DNA of 62,108 nt, the filler included, from Chiloscyllium plagiosum (Eukaryota): assembly GCF_004010195.1 (NCBI RefSeq). It is 6 parts of one record of this genome, joined end to end, with 100 filler letters (N's around TTAATTAATTAA, not from the genome) between each part and the next. Parts side by side here need not be neighbours in the genome. Positions count along the whole stretch, not along the records: positions 10,569 to 19,016 come from NC_057717.1; positions 19,117 to 34,489 come from NC_057717.1; 4 more parts are not named here. The stretch is one strand, 5' to 3'. Shown piece after piece: positions 12,960-26,552 of this stretch; the first letter of the stretch is position 1, and each line of letters opens with the position of its first letter. The notes beneath the pieces are model-generated. The model was not told the origin of the DNA and did no database searches. It was given only the letters and a program-made list of their open reading frames with translations. Both the position numbers and the translations under genes were made by a program.

Positions 12960-15165
12960 CACAGGCAGCAGCTGTCACAGATGGTATTCTGCAGTGAACA
13001 GTGCTGCTGACTTTCGAGGTATGTCCATTTTGGCGAATGTCAAAGGATCAAGGGTATTTGGTTGGCGGAGGTTGATGAGAATCATGATGAACTTCTCGAA
13101 GTGCTCACAAATTACGGAAGTGAGCGACAATGGGAGGTACTGAGAGATGCCAGCTGTGTGATTTTCCGTTGGCCACATATTTGGAGTAGTCTTCTGGAAG
13201 AAGGTGGGCATTAATGATCGTTGTAAGGAGAGGTTAAAGAGGTCCGTGAATATTCCCATCTAGTCCGCCCAGGATCTGAGTGCAAGGCTATGGATTCCTT
13301 CCAGGTCAATTGCTGTCTATGAGTCCTCAAAAAAGAAGATGGATCTTATATCTGTGGTGGTAATCGTGGTTACGTTTCATTCTAGGCTGCTGTGATAACA
13401 AGCTTACAATGCTTTGAACTCGTCGAGTTGTGATGTACTGTTGCCTGCAATTCTGTTCAACTTCTCTTTGTATTCTGTTGTCTGTGAAAGTCTTGCCGCA
13501 AATGACGGTGTCCAGATTAAGGTGTACTTATGAAGGGCCTACTTGGATTTTCTGTATAAATCAAGGTTGCTCGACCGGTTCACCTCTGACTTGGAATTCA
13601 GTTGAGACAGGAACTCCCATTTCTGTCCATGTTTGCACACGGCAAACATTCAGGTTACGATCTTCAGCACACAGTCTTCTGCACACTCATGATGTCCGTG
13701 ACGGTGCTGGCATATTTGCTTAGTTTGGACACTTAGGTGCTTGTAAAGAGCCAAGTCCACTTATTCTAAGCAGTCCTGTAGGAGCCATCCATTGTCCAGA
13801 TCAATACTGCAATACTTTCTATATTAGATCATCTCATGCCGATTTCTTCTTGTCAGCTGGGGGGAGTGTGACAAAGCCCTGCTATTGAATGTTCAAAAAT
13901 GCGAACGGCGAAAGGAGGGGTGCTATCTTTGATGGTGGTATATCTCCGGTCAAGAAAGTTCAGACCTTTGGTGAAACAGGAGACATATTTGTAACCCGTG
14001 TTTAAAGTTTGCCTGGTTGAAATCACCAACAAGAAAGGAAAAGACCTCCAAGTTTCCTGACTCAAGATGGTTTGTTACGTTGTACACTTCGTCTGGTGCA
14101 TTCTTCAGATCTGTGTATTGTGGGAGATACACTATTTTCAGGAAAGCAGAGGAGAAATCGTGCAGTATATAGTAGAGATGACAGATTATTGTAAGATATT
14201 ATTGGTCCAGAGAGCAGCAATTCGTCAGCATCGCAACGTCTGAGCACTGGAATGACTAGAAGGCACAACTAACTGGCTGATGCTTTGCCCAAGGACGCCA
14301 ATCCCTCCATTCAATAAACTGAGAATCCCTCAGTTAGTAATACCTCGTCAGGTGCAACATCAGTGAGGCGGGACTGTGGAAAACAGAGTGCCCAGTAGTC
14401 CCTATATTCTCTTTGGGCTGTCTAACTGTAAGGTCATCCATCTTGCATTCAATAGCTTGTATGCTTCCTGGGTATATATTCGGGCAGGAGGATTTGAACC
14501 CTCGGAGTTTAAACATCACTGTAAATACAGCACATCTCCCAGGTTTCCTGCATGGCAGTTCCTCCTTATCGATATGGGTGTGCTTGACCAAAGCCTGCTA
14601 TTCTGGGAAATGTGTGATTGGTTCCTGAGCACCACTCATGACCTTGAGCATTCGAGACCGTACTGCAACCTGTTCAGTCGGCCTCCAAGATGTGGGGTCA
14701 CAGTATTTCTTGTTCCCGCGATGGCTGAGCTTCCGTTCCAAGTTTCTGTTTGTTCGGAGCTGCCATTTTCGGTAAGTCAGGGAGCTCCAATTGGCTTTCG
14801 TGTGTGAGGCTCGTTAACGAGACTTCACGAGGAATTGCCGTCGTCTGGTCGGCTTGGTATTTGTCACCATGGGGTCAGTTCTTGCTCCCAGGCTAAATGA
14901 ACCTCTGTTTGGGTTTTCACGAGTGGGCTCGGTGTGTTGGAAGATGGCAAGCCTTTAATTAGGCTGCGCTTGAGATTGGAGAGATGGTTTTCGAGCCTCG
15001 TCAGTCGTAGCATCTTGAGAACTGAAAGAAGTTGTAAGCGAACGTTGTTAGTAATTCTATTAGACTTGATATTCAGGTTTAAAGAGAAAATTGAATTAAA
15101 ACGTGGAAATGCAAGGTCGCTATCGACCTCTCGCAAAATGTCACCATGCTCCAGTGCACCTTGAA
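12960..15165 (-). mobile_element. Rex1/Babar-type LINE, 5' part, degenerate
   Basis: KLRGFK..IQAIECKMDDL, YLPQ..VGDFNQANFK and IFTDLFNLSLQRSLMPTFFQKTT match Rex1/Babar ORF motifs; 5' boundary approximate. Confidence 0.75.
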
Positions 15166-16236
15166 TGTGGTTTATTATTGTATAACATTATGTGCACTTT
15201 AATCATGACAGCTGATTTATTTTGAAGGTCGTCAGTCAAGGCAACCAATTCCAGTGTTTGTGCTGCGGGTTGTAATTAAATTCTGTTCCTGTCTGAAGCC
15301 AATCAAGAAATGGAACAATAACTTCCGAAATGAACGGGACGTTAAGAAGAGAAATGTGAAGTAGCCATTGTTTCCTACTCTGTGTTTCTTTATTTCATTT
15401 TTAAGACCGGGCAAGAATTAGATGAAAAGAATTCTCTTTTACCTGATTATTCAAGGCAATAGTGCATCCACTTTTACCATGAGCTGCTGCTTCGATCTGG
15501 CGATGTGACTACTACATTCAGGCTTGAATCTCAAAAAGTAAACGCAGGATTGATCAGGCAATATAATCATTTTCCTTTGCATCAATTGAACCTTTGGCCA
15601 GTGAGATCGTTGTTAGTCACAGTCTATACCAATTAACGTTGAGAACAAAATTTTAATTCTGCTGGAAAGATGGAAACGTGTGGAGCACAATGCATTTGCG
15701 GCACATTCCATGCTGATGAGGTCAGGTAAGTATACGAAATTAATTTTCAATGAGTATTGTAAACTTGAGGGTGTCAACACGTCGAAGTGTGTTGTTTTTG
15801 CCTCATACAGACACAGCTGGCCGAAGAGCCTTTCATGTGTTATGTTTCAGTTTTGTCACCCTGGCTCGAAACTAGCATGAAATTATTGCGTACAGTCAAT
15901 AATTGTTGGACCACACTGTCTATGGCATGTACTACATATTCCAACTGAAACAAGATTAATATCGGCGAAATCTTTGCTTCGCATGCATTGTCAGTAGTTG
16001 GCTAACACCAATGTGGGCACTGATCCACTTCAGTTCATGAAAAAGCAATGGCTTTTTCATGGAAGACATATCATTTTTTCAGAAGTTTACATTGTCTACC
16101 GATTTTAGGATTCCATCTCCTCCAAGAACACAAACACGGGAGTTATCTGCTGACCACTGATTTGGGCGCTTTGGAACTCACAACTTCTTAATCCATTCAA
16201 TGCGAAATCAGCAGAGATGGTTGGTCTCAAAACCAT

Positions 16237-16547
16237 GGGCAGCACAGTGGCACAATGGTCAGCACTGCTGCCTCACAGTGGTAGAGTTCCGGGTTCAATT
16301 CCCGCCTCAGGCAACTGACTGTGTGACGTTTGCACATTCTCCCCGTGTCTGCGTGGGTTTCCTGCGGGTGCTCCGGCTTCCTCCCACAGCCCCAAAATAT
16401 GCAGATTAAGTGAATTGTCCGCAGTGTTAGGTGAAGGGGGAACTGGAGGGGAATGGGTCTTGGTGGGTTGCGCTTCGGCGAGTCGGTGTGGACTTGTTGG
16501 TCCGAAGGGCCTGTTTCCACACTGTAAGTAATCTAATCTAATAATCT
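16237..16547 (+). mobile_element. HE1-type V-SINE
   Basis: A and B boxes, V core, (AATCT)n tail. Confidence 0.9.
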
Positions 16548-16780
16548 GGAGGACGGAAGAATGTTAAATGACTCAATGCGTACTTCACAAAATTCAGCTT
16601 GTCACGGTTTTATAACGCAAATGTGTTTTATACTCCAACACATATCTTTAAAAATAAGTGAGTTTGAATAATTTTAACACAAGACATGAAAGAGTAACAT
16701 TTGTAGAAAGTCCAACAAATAATAATTCAAATATGATACCAACCTAGTTTACAAACTCTGCATTTAATTTCCACTAACAG

Positions 16781-17674
16781 TTAACATACTGACGGTTGTG
16801 ATACTGCGTCATCAACAATGTGGTATCTCCAAATGTACCACACGATACATGGCGGCCACGGTGGTGACGGACCGACTTGTCATGAGCTTCGACCTGATAC
16901 TAAGACACATTGTTCTTGTTTATCACAATCATTTTCGTTTCCTGCGGGACATCCCAATGTGTAAACTACATGCAGCAGTGTTAAATACAGCCACAAATGC
17001 ATCTGTCGAGTTTACTATCGCTTTTACTTTTGACCGTTTTGTGACCATTTATGCCAAGAATTGGAGAAGTAAGTTTTGAACCGTAAAGACAGCAGGTGTG
17101 ATTCTTGGAACATTTGGAGTACTGTGCTTTTTTTAAAAAAAAAGTCAGCTGGTATTCAATGTTAATTGGTTCCTACCGAATGTGGAACACCAAGTGGATT
17201 TGTGTCATGGCCGAGAAAGTTCAATTCTCTCTGCTCTGCACAACAGTAGAGTTCTTGTATCATGTTCTGTCGCTGGTAGTTCCATTTTTTCTTATTGCGC
17301 TGCTGAATGTTTTCACTATCAGACAGGTGCTCATGAGCAGCCGAAAACGCAAAAGGCTCCACCCTCATAGAATTTGGAATAATGATGGCGATTACAAGGG
17401 AGAAAGCCGAAGGACTTATATTCATGTATGTTATCTCGAGAACTTTCGTCCTGTTATTTGCGTTGGTGACCCTGGTTTGTTAGTGGAAACGGATTTAAAA
17501 CTTTGGTTATGAGATGATACTTTATCTTATTTTCTACTTGAACTGAGCTTCATTCTGCAAATCTCTGACTGCTGCGCAAACACTTGCGTCTATGTTATAA
17601 TCCAATCAAAGTTTCGAGAATATTTGAAGAATAGGCTTCAGTATCCGTTTTCTACACTTTTTCAATTAATCTGA
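16781..17674 (+). pseudogene. GPR139-like rhodopsin-family GPCR, exon 2 (TM1 end to C-terminus), disrupted
   Basis: Acceptor ..CCACTAACAG|TT (phase 1); VNILTVVIL..CGISKCTTRYM..FTIAFTFDRFV (DRF)..VPFFLIALLNVFTIR..CCANTCVYVIIQSKFRE..YPF; TGA at 17077, frameshift in T7A9 run (17128-17143), second frameshift ~17425, two further stops. Confidence 0.85.
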
Positions 17675-19116
17675 CGATGAAAATAACTGAATTATTTGAA
17701 GTTCAGAACTAATTTTCATTTCACGCCATACTGTGAGACACTGAATGCAAGGCTGCTGGCATATTCTGCACGTGGTTAGGCAGACTTATTCTTGATTATT
17801 GTCAGCAAATTGGGGTGACTTGGGAATCTCATTGCCAAAGTGACCAAGTCTTGTTCTGAGGACTATTCCTTTGGTAACCATGTTGCTTGTGTTTGCTTTC
17901 GGCATCCAAGTAAAACGTTGAATATATATTTAAATCCGTACCTGAACAGGGGAGGTTTGAAGGGTTTGGGAGTGGAGCTGGGGGTTAGGACTAGTGTAGT
18001 TCTGAATTCTGTTCAGCATTGACCAGTTGACCATAATAGTCTGCTCCCATGCTCTCTAACGCAATATTGTATGATTTGATGCAATGACATCAGAGTGAGA
18101 GATACGAGATACTGATTCTCTTGCCTGATAATATTAACAAAAACACGCACCCGATGGAATTATCAAATTGAATTCGCATTAGGTGTGGTTTGCTCTCCCT
18201 AATGGCGATGTTCTGTTGAACACGACAACAAAAACGGTACTGGATGACCGAAGTATGAATGCAGAATCCGACAGTCGTCAGATGGAAGGATCTTATTTAA
18301 CCTGTCTGACCGAGGCTCGTGTTGGATGGCGAAATTCATCTTGAAGGATTCCTCAGTTTTGTTTTCGTCCCACTTCTTTTCAGAAGTATGCACATTTCAT
18401 GTGAGAAATACTTTTGCTTTCCATTACCTTCATTGCAACTACAATGACCACACTTCTGGGAAAGGCATGTATCATCATTTCCTGCCCTTCAATGAGGAAT
18501 GATTTTGACATGATTTCTACGTGCTTTCAGTTACCAATGGATTTGAATTAGCGTCATCTACTTCTGTCAATGGAGATCATTTTCACGATTTATGTTCAAG
18601 TTAACCTCCCTTGAAAAAACATGATGAATTTCTTTGAACTTGTAGTGATTTTGTGATCATCCAGTGACACCAGAACCAGAACTACATCAAAATGGCATCG
18701 AAATAATCATCAGTTACGTTCAACATAGCTTGATTAACTGAGCATTTTACATTAGTTTTGTTAAAGACCAAAGCGTTGCGCACTCCATGAGCTGTGATCT
18801 CAATCCGGCACGCCAAATCAAATAATCTCAATGCTGGTGTTACTCCCAATCCGAAAATAGAGCGTTGCAATGAACTTTCCATAAGATGAAATGGCGGAGA
18901 GAGAAGAACCATTGAGTGAATCGGGGGAAAAGGTGCATTTTTTGGATTTGCTTCATTTAGCGAAAACAGGTAGGTCTTCTGTAAAAGTGACGTTGTGTGA
19001 AGTGAACTTTTGAAAANNNNNNNNNNNNNNNNNNNNNNNNNNNNNNNNNNNNNNNNNNNNTTAATTAATTAANNNNNNNNNNNNNNNNNNNNNNNNNNNN
19101 NNNNNNNNNNNNNNNN

Positions 19117-20252
19117 ACCCTACCTAATCCTCTGATCATCTTGTATGTGTCTAGCAAATCCCCTCTTAACCTTCTTCTTTCCAATGAGAACAGACCCAAG
19201 TCTTTCAGCCTTTCCTCATAAGACCTTCCCTCCAGACCAGGCAACATCCTGGTAAATCTCCTCTGCACCTTTTCCAATGCTTCTACATCCTTCCTGTAAT
19301 GGGGTGACCAGAGCTGTACACAATATTCCTAGTGTGGCAGCACTAGTTGCAACATGATATTCCCGGCTCGGGTGGCAACTTACAGGGATCTATGCACATG
19401 GACTCCAAGATCCCTTTGCACATCCACACTACCAAGAATCTTTCCATTGACCCAGTATTCTGCCTACCTGCTATTCTTCCCAAAGTGCATCACCTCACAT
19501 TTAGCTGCATTGAGCTCCATTTGCCACCTCTCAACCCAATTCTGCAGATTATCCAAGTCCTCCTGCAACCAGTAATATTCTTCCAAACTGTCCACTACTC
19601 CACTGACTTTAGTGTCATCTGCAAACTTACTAACCCATCCACCTATGCCTGCGTCTAAGTCATTTATAAAAATAATGAACAGCTGTGGTCCCAAAACAGA
19701 TCCTTGTGGCACACCACTAGTAATCAGACTCCAGACTGAATATTTTCCATCAACACCACTCGCTGCCTTCTTTCAGAAAGCAAGTTTCTAATCCAAACTG
19801 CTAAATCACCCTCAATTCCATGCCTCTGCATTTTATCCAACAGCCTACCATGTAGAATCTTATCAGAGGCTTTACTGAAGTCCATGTATACCACATCAAC
19901 TGCCCTACCCTCATCTACATGCTTGGTCACCTTCTCAAAAAACTCAATAAGGTTTGTGAGACACGACCTTGACAAAAACATGTTGACTATCTGAAATCAA
20001 ATTATTGCTTGCTAGATGATTATAAATCCTATCTCTTATAATTCTTTCCAAAACCTTTCCTACAACAAAAATAAGGCTCACTGATCTATAATTACCTGAG
20101 TCATCTCTACTGCCCTTCCTGAACAAGGGCACATTTGCAATCCTCCAATGCTCTGCTACTAAACCTGTAGACAATGACGACTCAAATATCAAACCCTAAG
20201 GCTCTGCTATCTCCTCCCTCGCTTCCCAGAGAATCCTCGGATAAATCCCATC
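19117..20252 (-). mobile_element. CR1/HER1 LINE ORF2 RT fragment
   Basis: [53 protein letters not shown]. Confidence 0.92.
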
Positions 20253-21199
20253 NNNNNNNNNNNNNNNNNNNNNNNNNNNNNNNNNNNNNNNNNNNNNNNN
20301 NNNNNNNNNNNNNNNNNNNNNNNNNNNNNNNNNNNNNNNNNNNNNNNNNNNNNNNNNNNNNNNNNNNNNNNNNNNNNNNNNNNNNNNNNNNNNNNNNNNN
20401 NNNNNNNNNNNNNNNNNNNNNNNNNNNNNNNNNNNNNNNNNNNNNNNNNNNNNNNNNNNNNNNNNNNNNNNNNNNNNNNNNNNNNNNNNNNNNNNNNNNN
20501 NNNNNNNNNNNNNNNNNNNNNNNNNNNNNNNNNNNNNNNNNNNNNNNNNNNNNNNNNNNNNNNNNNNNNNNNNNNNNNNNNNNNNNNNNNNNNNNNNNNN
20601 NNNNNNNNNNNNNNNNNNNNNNNNNNNNNNNNNNNNNNNNNNNNNNNNNNNNNNNNNNNNNNNNNNNNNNNNNNNNNNNNNNNNNNNNNNNNNNNNNNNN
20701 NNNNNNNNNNNNNNNNNNNNNNNNNNNNNNNNNNNNNNNNNNNNNNNNNNNNNNNNNNTATCACTGCGCAGGTGAAATACAAGCAGTGTCCAGTGGTGTG
20801 TGGTGTAAATGTTGGATACAAGCAACATTGACTATGCCATTGGTCTTTGCAGATGGAAGGTAGTTGTTTCTGTGAGGCCAAAGGAATCCCTAGTGACCAT
20901 AAAAGGTTCACCTGATAGCCATAAATCAGAAAGCTAATGCAAGATTTCATAAGCATGGAACTGATTTCCTCTCATTTTAAAGTAGAATATAATTTTGAAG
21001 CATAATGTAAGATATATTTTGTGAGTGATGCTGGACTGGGAGGTAGAAGGTTCAGTCCTCATGTACCTCTTACAATGTCCCACTGTTCCTTCACAATGTG
21101 ACTGGTGTGCTCCTCTTTAGGGAACCAAATCTGTCGCCCTTCCCTGGTCTGGCTGACATGTAACAACCGCAATGTTGTTGACCCATAACTGCCTTCTAA

Positions 21200-21446
21200 C
21201 CATCATCAGTGCTTGGGAGCCTCCTGCGAAGCGCTTCTTTGATGTTTCCTCTGGTGTTTATAGTGGTCTGTCCCTGCCGTTTCCGGTTGTCAGTTTCAGC
21301 TGTCCGCTGTCGTGGTTGGTATATTGGGTACCCAGCACTGATGATGTCGCCTAGCCAGGGGACGAAACGTTTGCAACAAAAACTTCCAGCTCGGCGAACA
21401 GAACCACAACAACGAGCACCCGAGCTACAAATCTTCACACAAACTT
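21200..21446. mobile_element. Penelope family A pLTR with inversion (21200-21329 minus, 21335-21446 plus) and intact hammerhead at 21335-21374
   Basis: Same pLTR as 420-596; GCACTGATGATGTCGCCTAGCCAGGGGACGAAACGTTTGC. Confidence 0.85.
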
Positions 21447-21479
21447 AGAGCAAAAGGTAGTTAGGGAATGTCAGACAGT

Positions 21480-22480
21480 CAAATGCAGAAGAGAGAGAGA
21501 GAGACGGAGAGAGAGAGAGAGAGAGAGACATAGAAGAGACAAGATATATTAATGAAGGTTTGAAAATGAGGAGATTGAAAGAAGCAAAGGCTGCGAGAGA
21601 GTGAGAGAGGAAAAGAAGAGGTACGGCAAGGGATAAGGACAGAAAGAGTGAAATGAAGGGGCAGAGGCAGAGGGACAAAGAGTGAAAGAAATACAGTGAG
21701 AGAAACAGACACTGTGTGAGAGAATTAACGAGTGACAGAGAGAGACAAGCAGACAAAGGGAGACGAGGAAACAACTGCTTTTCATGCGAGAAAGAGAAAA
21801 GGAAAGAGTTGCATGACAAATGGAAAGAGAAAAGAAGAGAGAGAAAATGGGAACCAGAACGAGCCAAACAAGTGGATACAGAATATTTGTGAGGGAGAGT
21901 TGGTGGGAGGGAAGAGACAATGAGATAGAGAGACGCCTACAGAGGCAAAAAGAGAGACAAAAAGTGAGACACAACGATAGAACAATGCAACGCGAGACAG
22001 GTAGAGAGGCAAAGAAAGAAATGTAGAGAGGGAGTGCGACAGACAGAGAGGCAAGTAGGGAGACAGAGATAAAGGGACATACAGAAGAGAAAAAGAAAGA
22101 TGCAGACAGGGACACAGAGAGAGTTAGAAGCAATGAGGGAGCGAGAGACAAAAATAGAAGAAGAGAAAATGAGAGACCAGGCAAGAGAACGGCATACATA
22201 GAGCGTAATAAAGTGTGGGAGAGAGGTAAAGACAGAGTGAGACAGACGACGAGATAGAGAGACACAGAGAGAGGCGGGGAACGTACAAACAGACAGGGAG
22301 TTAGAGAGGAAGAGTGTGAGAGAGGATTATTGAGAGAAAGAAAGAGGCAGAAGAGAGAGAAAGAGAGACGCAAAGAAATCAACAAAGAGGGATATCGAGT
22401 GAGAGACAGAGTTAAAGAGAGGTGGAAGGGCATAAGAGACAAAGGCAGAGGGAGAGGAAGAAAAAAGAACAAAGAAAATT
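21480..22480. repeat. GA-rich low-complexity tract
   Basis: (GA)n and degenerate GAGA/GACA runs; CT-rich inverted copy at ~37640-38510. Confidence 0.85.
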
Positions 22481-23169
22481 ACAGTAGAGGAACAGCCCTT
22501 TTGGCCCTCCTCGATTCCGCCGATCCAGATCCTCCATCTGAAACTGCCGCCTACTTTCTCAGAGTCTCTATTCCTCTGCTCCCTGCCCATTCCTGTTACA
22601 GTCGAAGTATATCTTAAATAACACTAATGTGCCTGCTTCATGGTATATAGTCACAGTCTTCCTCTCACAAGTCAATCATCACTTTAACTTTGAGAGAGCT
22701 GCAGGACAAAGTCGCAACTACACCAGACCATCCCATTGAATCCCTGAATACCGTAGCAGCTCAGCGAACTCCAAACTCAATGTTGTTAACCTGAGATATA
22801 CGTAAATCTCCAAAGATGACAGATTACTGCTGAGGGAGCATTAACTGTGGAGATTGTGGTGAGCAATTGTTTGGAGAGCATGGATGAATGCAAGGTGGAA
22901 GATGTTTAATACAGAGAAATGCGAGGTTATCCATTTTGATAATCAAAATGTGAAAGGGGATTAAGAGACAGCACTAACAATAACTGGAAATGGAATGAAT
23001 TAGCGCTGGAAATTAACATGCATTTCAGTGAAAAGGCAGGTCAAGTTAAATTACGAAACTGACAGATTCTTTTGGTGATGATTGTGCCTTTACTTTCTTT
23101 GGAGATCAAGCCACTAGCCGAGGCATTGGGCCTTTACATGGGGAGACAAGTAAAATTTCATAGGTCTTT

Positions 23170-23800
23170 TGCTAAGATCATATGGAAGTCAAAAACGCGA
23201 GACAGTCTTGGAATACCCATGTAAGTGTGCAAAAGTGATCATTACCTCAGAAATAACGAACATGACAGAATGCTGCGATCAATAGAATTTTGCACTGACG
23301 AACCAGCATCTACTTTACAAATGGATTAGTGTGTCTCGAGAGGACACAAGACCATACTTAAAACGATAAGACGTGACACATAATTCACACAGAACCTGAC
23401 TTTAAGACAGTAATCGTGACAGTAGTGATGTGGAGAAAACAAAAATGATACTGGCTTTGCCGAAATGTCTGGCCCTTGACTATTTGCTCGAAGCGCAAGG
23501 CAGCATCCATGTTGTTATTAGCTCTGAATGTTTCATTAACAGACCGGACACCTCAGACAATATGTTTAAATTGGCAGACCACATATGACGAGAAGTAGAC
23601 AAAAGTAATGAGGCATCGAGGCAATTCCATGACTATGACCCAAATGGCTACGTTGGATGGCTTCTTAGCGTCTTTTGGGCTCTGACAACCCATATGTATT
23701 GATTATTCTCATTGCCTTTGTCATTGTTTGTTGTTTAGTTATATCCCTTCTCAATTCATGTTGCAAATGTTATCTGCGAGAATTATGCTGGGTGTAACTG
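23170..23800 (+). mobile_element. Degenerate gamma/epsilon-type retroviral env TM relic
   Basis: LALPKCLALDYLLEAQGSIHVVISSECFINRPDTSDN resembles LQNRxALDxLLAxxGGxCxxxxxECCxxIPDxS; followed by GWLL and a hydrophobic IILIAFVIVCCLVISLLNSCC stretch. Confidence 0.65.
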
Positions 23801-24238
23801 GTGGGCATAGAAACGCACGATATTTGGTTGTCAGTGGTCCAGCGCCATGCTCACTCTTGCCTCTGACCATAAGATGAGAATTGAAAACGAAACATGAAGG
23901 TTTCAAATTAAATTTTCACTGTGCCTTGCTTTCAACACAATGACATGATGTCCTGCTAGATTTGCTGCAAACCGATATGCAGAAGAACCTCTGTGGTCAT
24001 GGTCTGTGGTTATGCAGCAGAGCTCAGACAGCCATGACTTCAGCTGTCAGCTTTTAAGAAAAAACCGCAAAAGCTTCAGATCTCTGTGTCCCGTAGGGTG
24101 TATCGTGTGACTATCTTGGGGTTCTGCATAAAACGTAGCTAGCTGCCTGTAATCTGCAAGAAAGTACATTTGACTGTCAAGGCCTTTTTCTGTAATAAAC
24201 GACTTCTGATTGACTTCCAAATTTGAATTGGGGCATAA

Positions 24239-24739
24239 TGTTACCGGCAAAAAGTAACAGCTTCAATTATTGGACATTAAATCTCTTTCACATGAAAGAT
24301 AGTTGGTTTATCCCATTTTCACTTTTTTGTGGATGAGTTGTGCAGTGGCTGAAAGACTGGCCTGTTACCCTGCCGAGGCATTTGACAATAATTGGTTTTG
24401 TCCACGTTTCAAATCTCCATGGACTCAAACAGCTTGAAACATTAAGAAAACCAGTTTCCGTCACTAACCAAATGATATCCATCAGGCCCTTTAATGTTTG
24501 CATCAAACGCATTAGATTAGAGAACAATAAGATTGTTATCAGATAATAATTAAATAAATGATCCAATAGAAATTTTAATCGGGAAGCCGTGTTATAAAGG
24601 CGATTTCTGCACGAGCAGTGATCGAAAATAACCACTGCTCACATAAATCAAGTTGACCCTGATACTGGTTGATGCCGAGAGTCCTATTTTTTTCTTACTT
24701 AAACGGTTGTCCTCAATCTCAAACTTTCTCCACCCGACA
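24239..24739 (+). mobile_element. Putative 3' LTR of the old gamma-type ERV
   Basis: TGTTACCGG...CCCGACA termini after a decayed G-rich tract, downstream of the env relic; CCAAT ~24563 and TTATAAA ~24591. Confidence 0.45.
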
Positions 24740-25077
24740 ACTTGTCTGAGGTATCCGGGCTGTTTCTGAAACATTCAGAGCTAATAACAACATAGGTGCT
24801 GCCCTGCACTTCGAGCAAATACAGTTCTGCAAAGCCAGTACCATTTTGGTATTCTTCACATCACTACTGTCACGATTACTGTCTTAAAGTCAGTTTCCGT
24901 GTGAATGACGTGTTATGTCTTATCGTTTTAACTATGATCTTGTGTCCTCTCAAGCCACACTAATCCACATGTAAAGTAGGTGCACGTGTCTAACGCTGGA
25001 TCGTCAGTGCAAAATTCTCTTGGGTTTCTTGCAAACCCCGCATTCCAGTACCTCTAATTTTCTTTGATATGTCATTG

Positions 25078-25400
25078 GCGTGCCACGGTGGTTAGCAAGG
25101 TCATCTCAGAACACGAGAAAGCCGAATTCGATTGCAGCCTTGGGCGATGGTCTGCGTGAATGTTGCACTTTCTCCCCGAGTCTACGTGGGTTACATTCCA
25201 CAATCCAAAGAAGCGCAGGTAAGGTGAATTGGTCATGCGAAATTGCCAACAATGTTCAGGGGTGTGAAGTTTAAGTGCATTCGTCAGTTGTAAATGTAGA
25301 GAAATAGAGTAGGGGTAATGGTCTGTATGGGTTAGTTTTTGGATGGTCGGTGTGGACTTGTTGGGCTGAAGGGCCTGTTTCCACACCGAATGGATTCTAA
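25078..25400 (+). mobile_element. Old diverged HE1-type SINE
   Basis: Decayed boxes; tail GGTCGGTGTGGACTTGTTGGGCTGAAGGGCCTGTTTCCACAC. Confidence 0.8.
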
Positions 25401-26552
25401 GAGTTGAGGCCTTGATTTTCCAGCACTCGCTTTACCTGACTATTCCCTCCATTCAATTAAGACGTCTGGGGTGTACAATATCCGATAACAGAATTTATGC
25501 TTTTGTCCATTGAATAAAATTATTTCCATCGGTATTGCTTTATAAAATATAACCTTGTCCATTGTCTGTCACGTATTATCTCAAATAGTTTTCATGTACA
25601 TGAGTTTGTAAGGTATAAGGTGTGTCTTCACCTCTGCTCACTGCACACTTGTGGAAATGGTCAATCAATCCCAATTATGCTGGAGGAAAGGATTCAAATA
25701 TTTTGACTGTTATGATGGAGAATCACAACCTCGCCAACTTCTATAATTTTATCTGAGTTTTGCATTTTTTTTCTAACTTTGTCTGTTACATTGAACACAT
25801 CATTGGTGTCAAAGGTTATATTCTACCCTGGATGCAAAAGTGTAAATTTTGCTGAACATTCTCGGAGACTTCAAACCTTGCAAGATGCCTTTCTGATTGT
25901 ATGTGGGTCACTGTAGTGAGCAGCAAAACAAAAGAACGAAATCCGATGCTTCTCTAACTCAGATTAACTCAGCTTTCTTCATAGCTGGTTTGGNNNNNNN
26001 NNNNNNNNNNNNNNNNNNNNNNNNNNNNNNNNNNNNNNNNNNNNNNNNNNNNNNNNNNNNNNNNNNNNNNNNNNNNNNNNNNNNNNNNNNNNNNNNNNNN
26101 NNNNNNNNNNNNNNNNNNNNNNNNNNNNNNNNNNNNNNNNNNNNNNNNNNNNNNNNNNNNNNNNNNNNNNNNNNNNNNNNNNNNNNNNNNNNNNNNNNNN
26201 NNNNNNNNNNNNNNNNNNNNNNNNNNNNNNNNNNNNNNNNNNNNNNNNNNNNNNNNNNNNNNNNNNNNNNNNNNNNNNNNNNNNNNNNNNNNNNNNNNNN
26301 NNNNNNNNNNNNNNNNNNNNNNNNNNNNNNNNNNNNNNNNNNNNNNNNNNNNNNNNNNNNNNNNNNNNNNNNNNNNNNNNNNNNNNNNNNNNNNNNNNNN
26401 NNNNNNNNNNNNNNNNNNNNNNNNNNNNNNNNNNNNNNNNNNNNNNNNNNNNNNNNNNNNNNNNNNNNNNNNNNNNNNNNNNNNNNNNNNNNNTCTCTGC
26501 AGCAACGGGCGTACCATGCGTATCGCATTGTATTGAAGTGCAACGTACTTAC

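Larger units (their letters stand above)
21612..25902 (+). repeat. Inverted segmental duplication, arm 1 (partner 34590-38509)
   Basis: Reverse complement matches throughout, e.g. 25861-25902 vs 34590-34630 and ORFs 24288-24635(-) vs 35155-35433(+). Confidence 0.92.

Noticed and set aside
15670..15731. Strong donor CAG|GTAAGT ~1 kb upstream of GPCR exon 2 as its exon 1
   Set aside because: The upstream frames do not encode the YYPxLAxxxVP TM1 signature seen in the real exon 1.
21549..22472. 307-aa Leu/Ser/Phe-rich ORF (and 37649-38610 counterparts)
   Set aside because: Translation of CT-rich low-complexity DNA, which lacks stop codons by composition.
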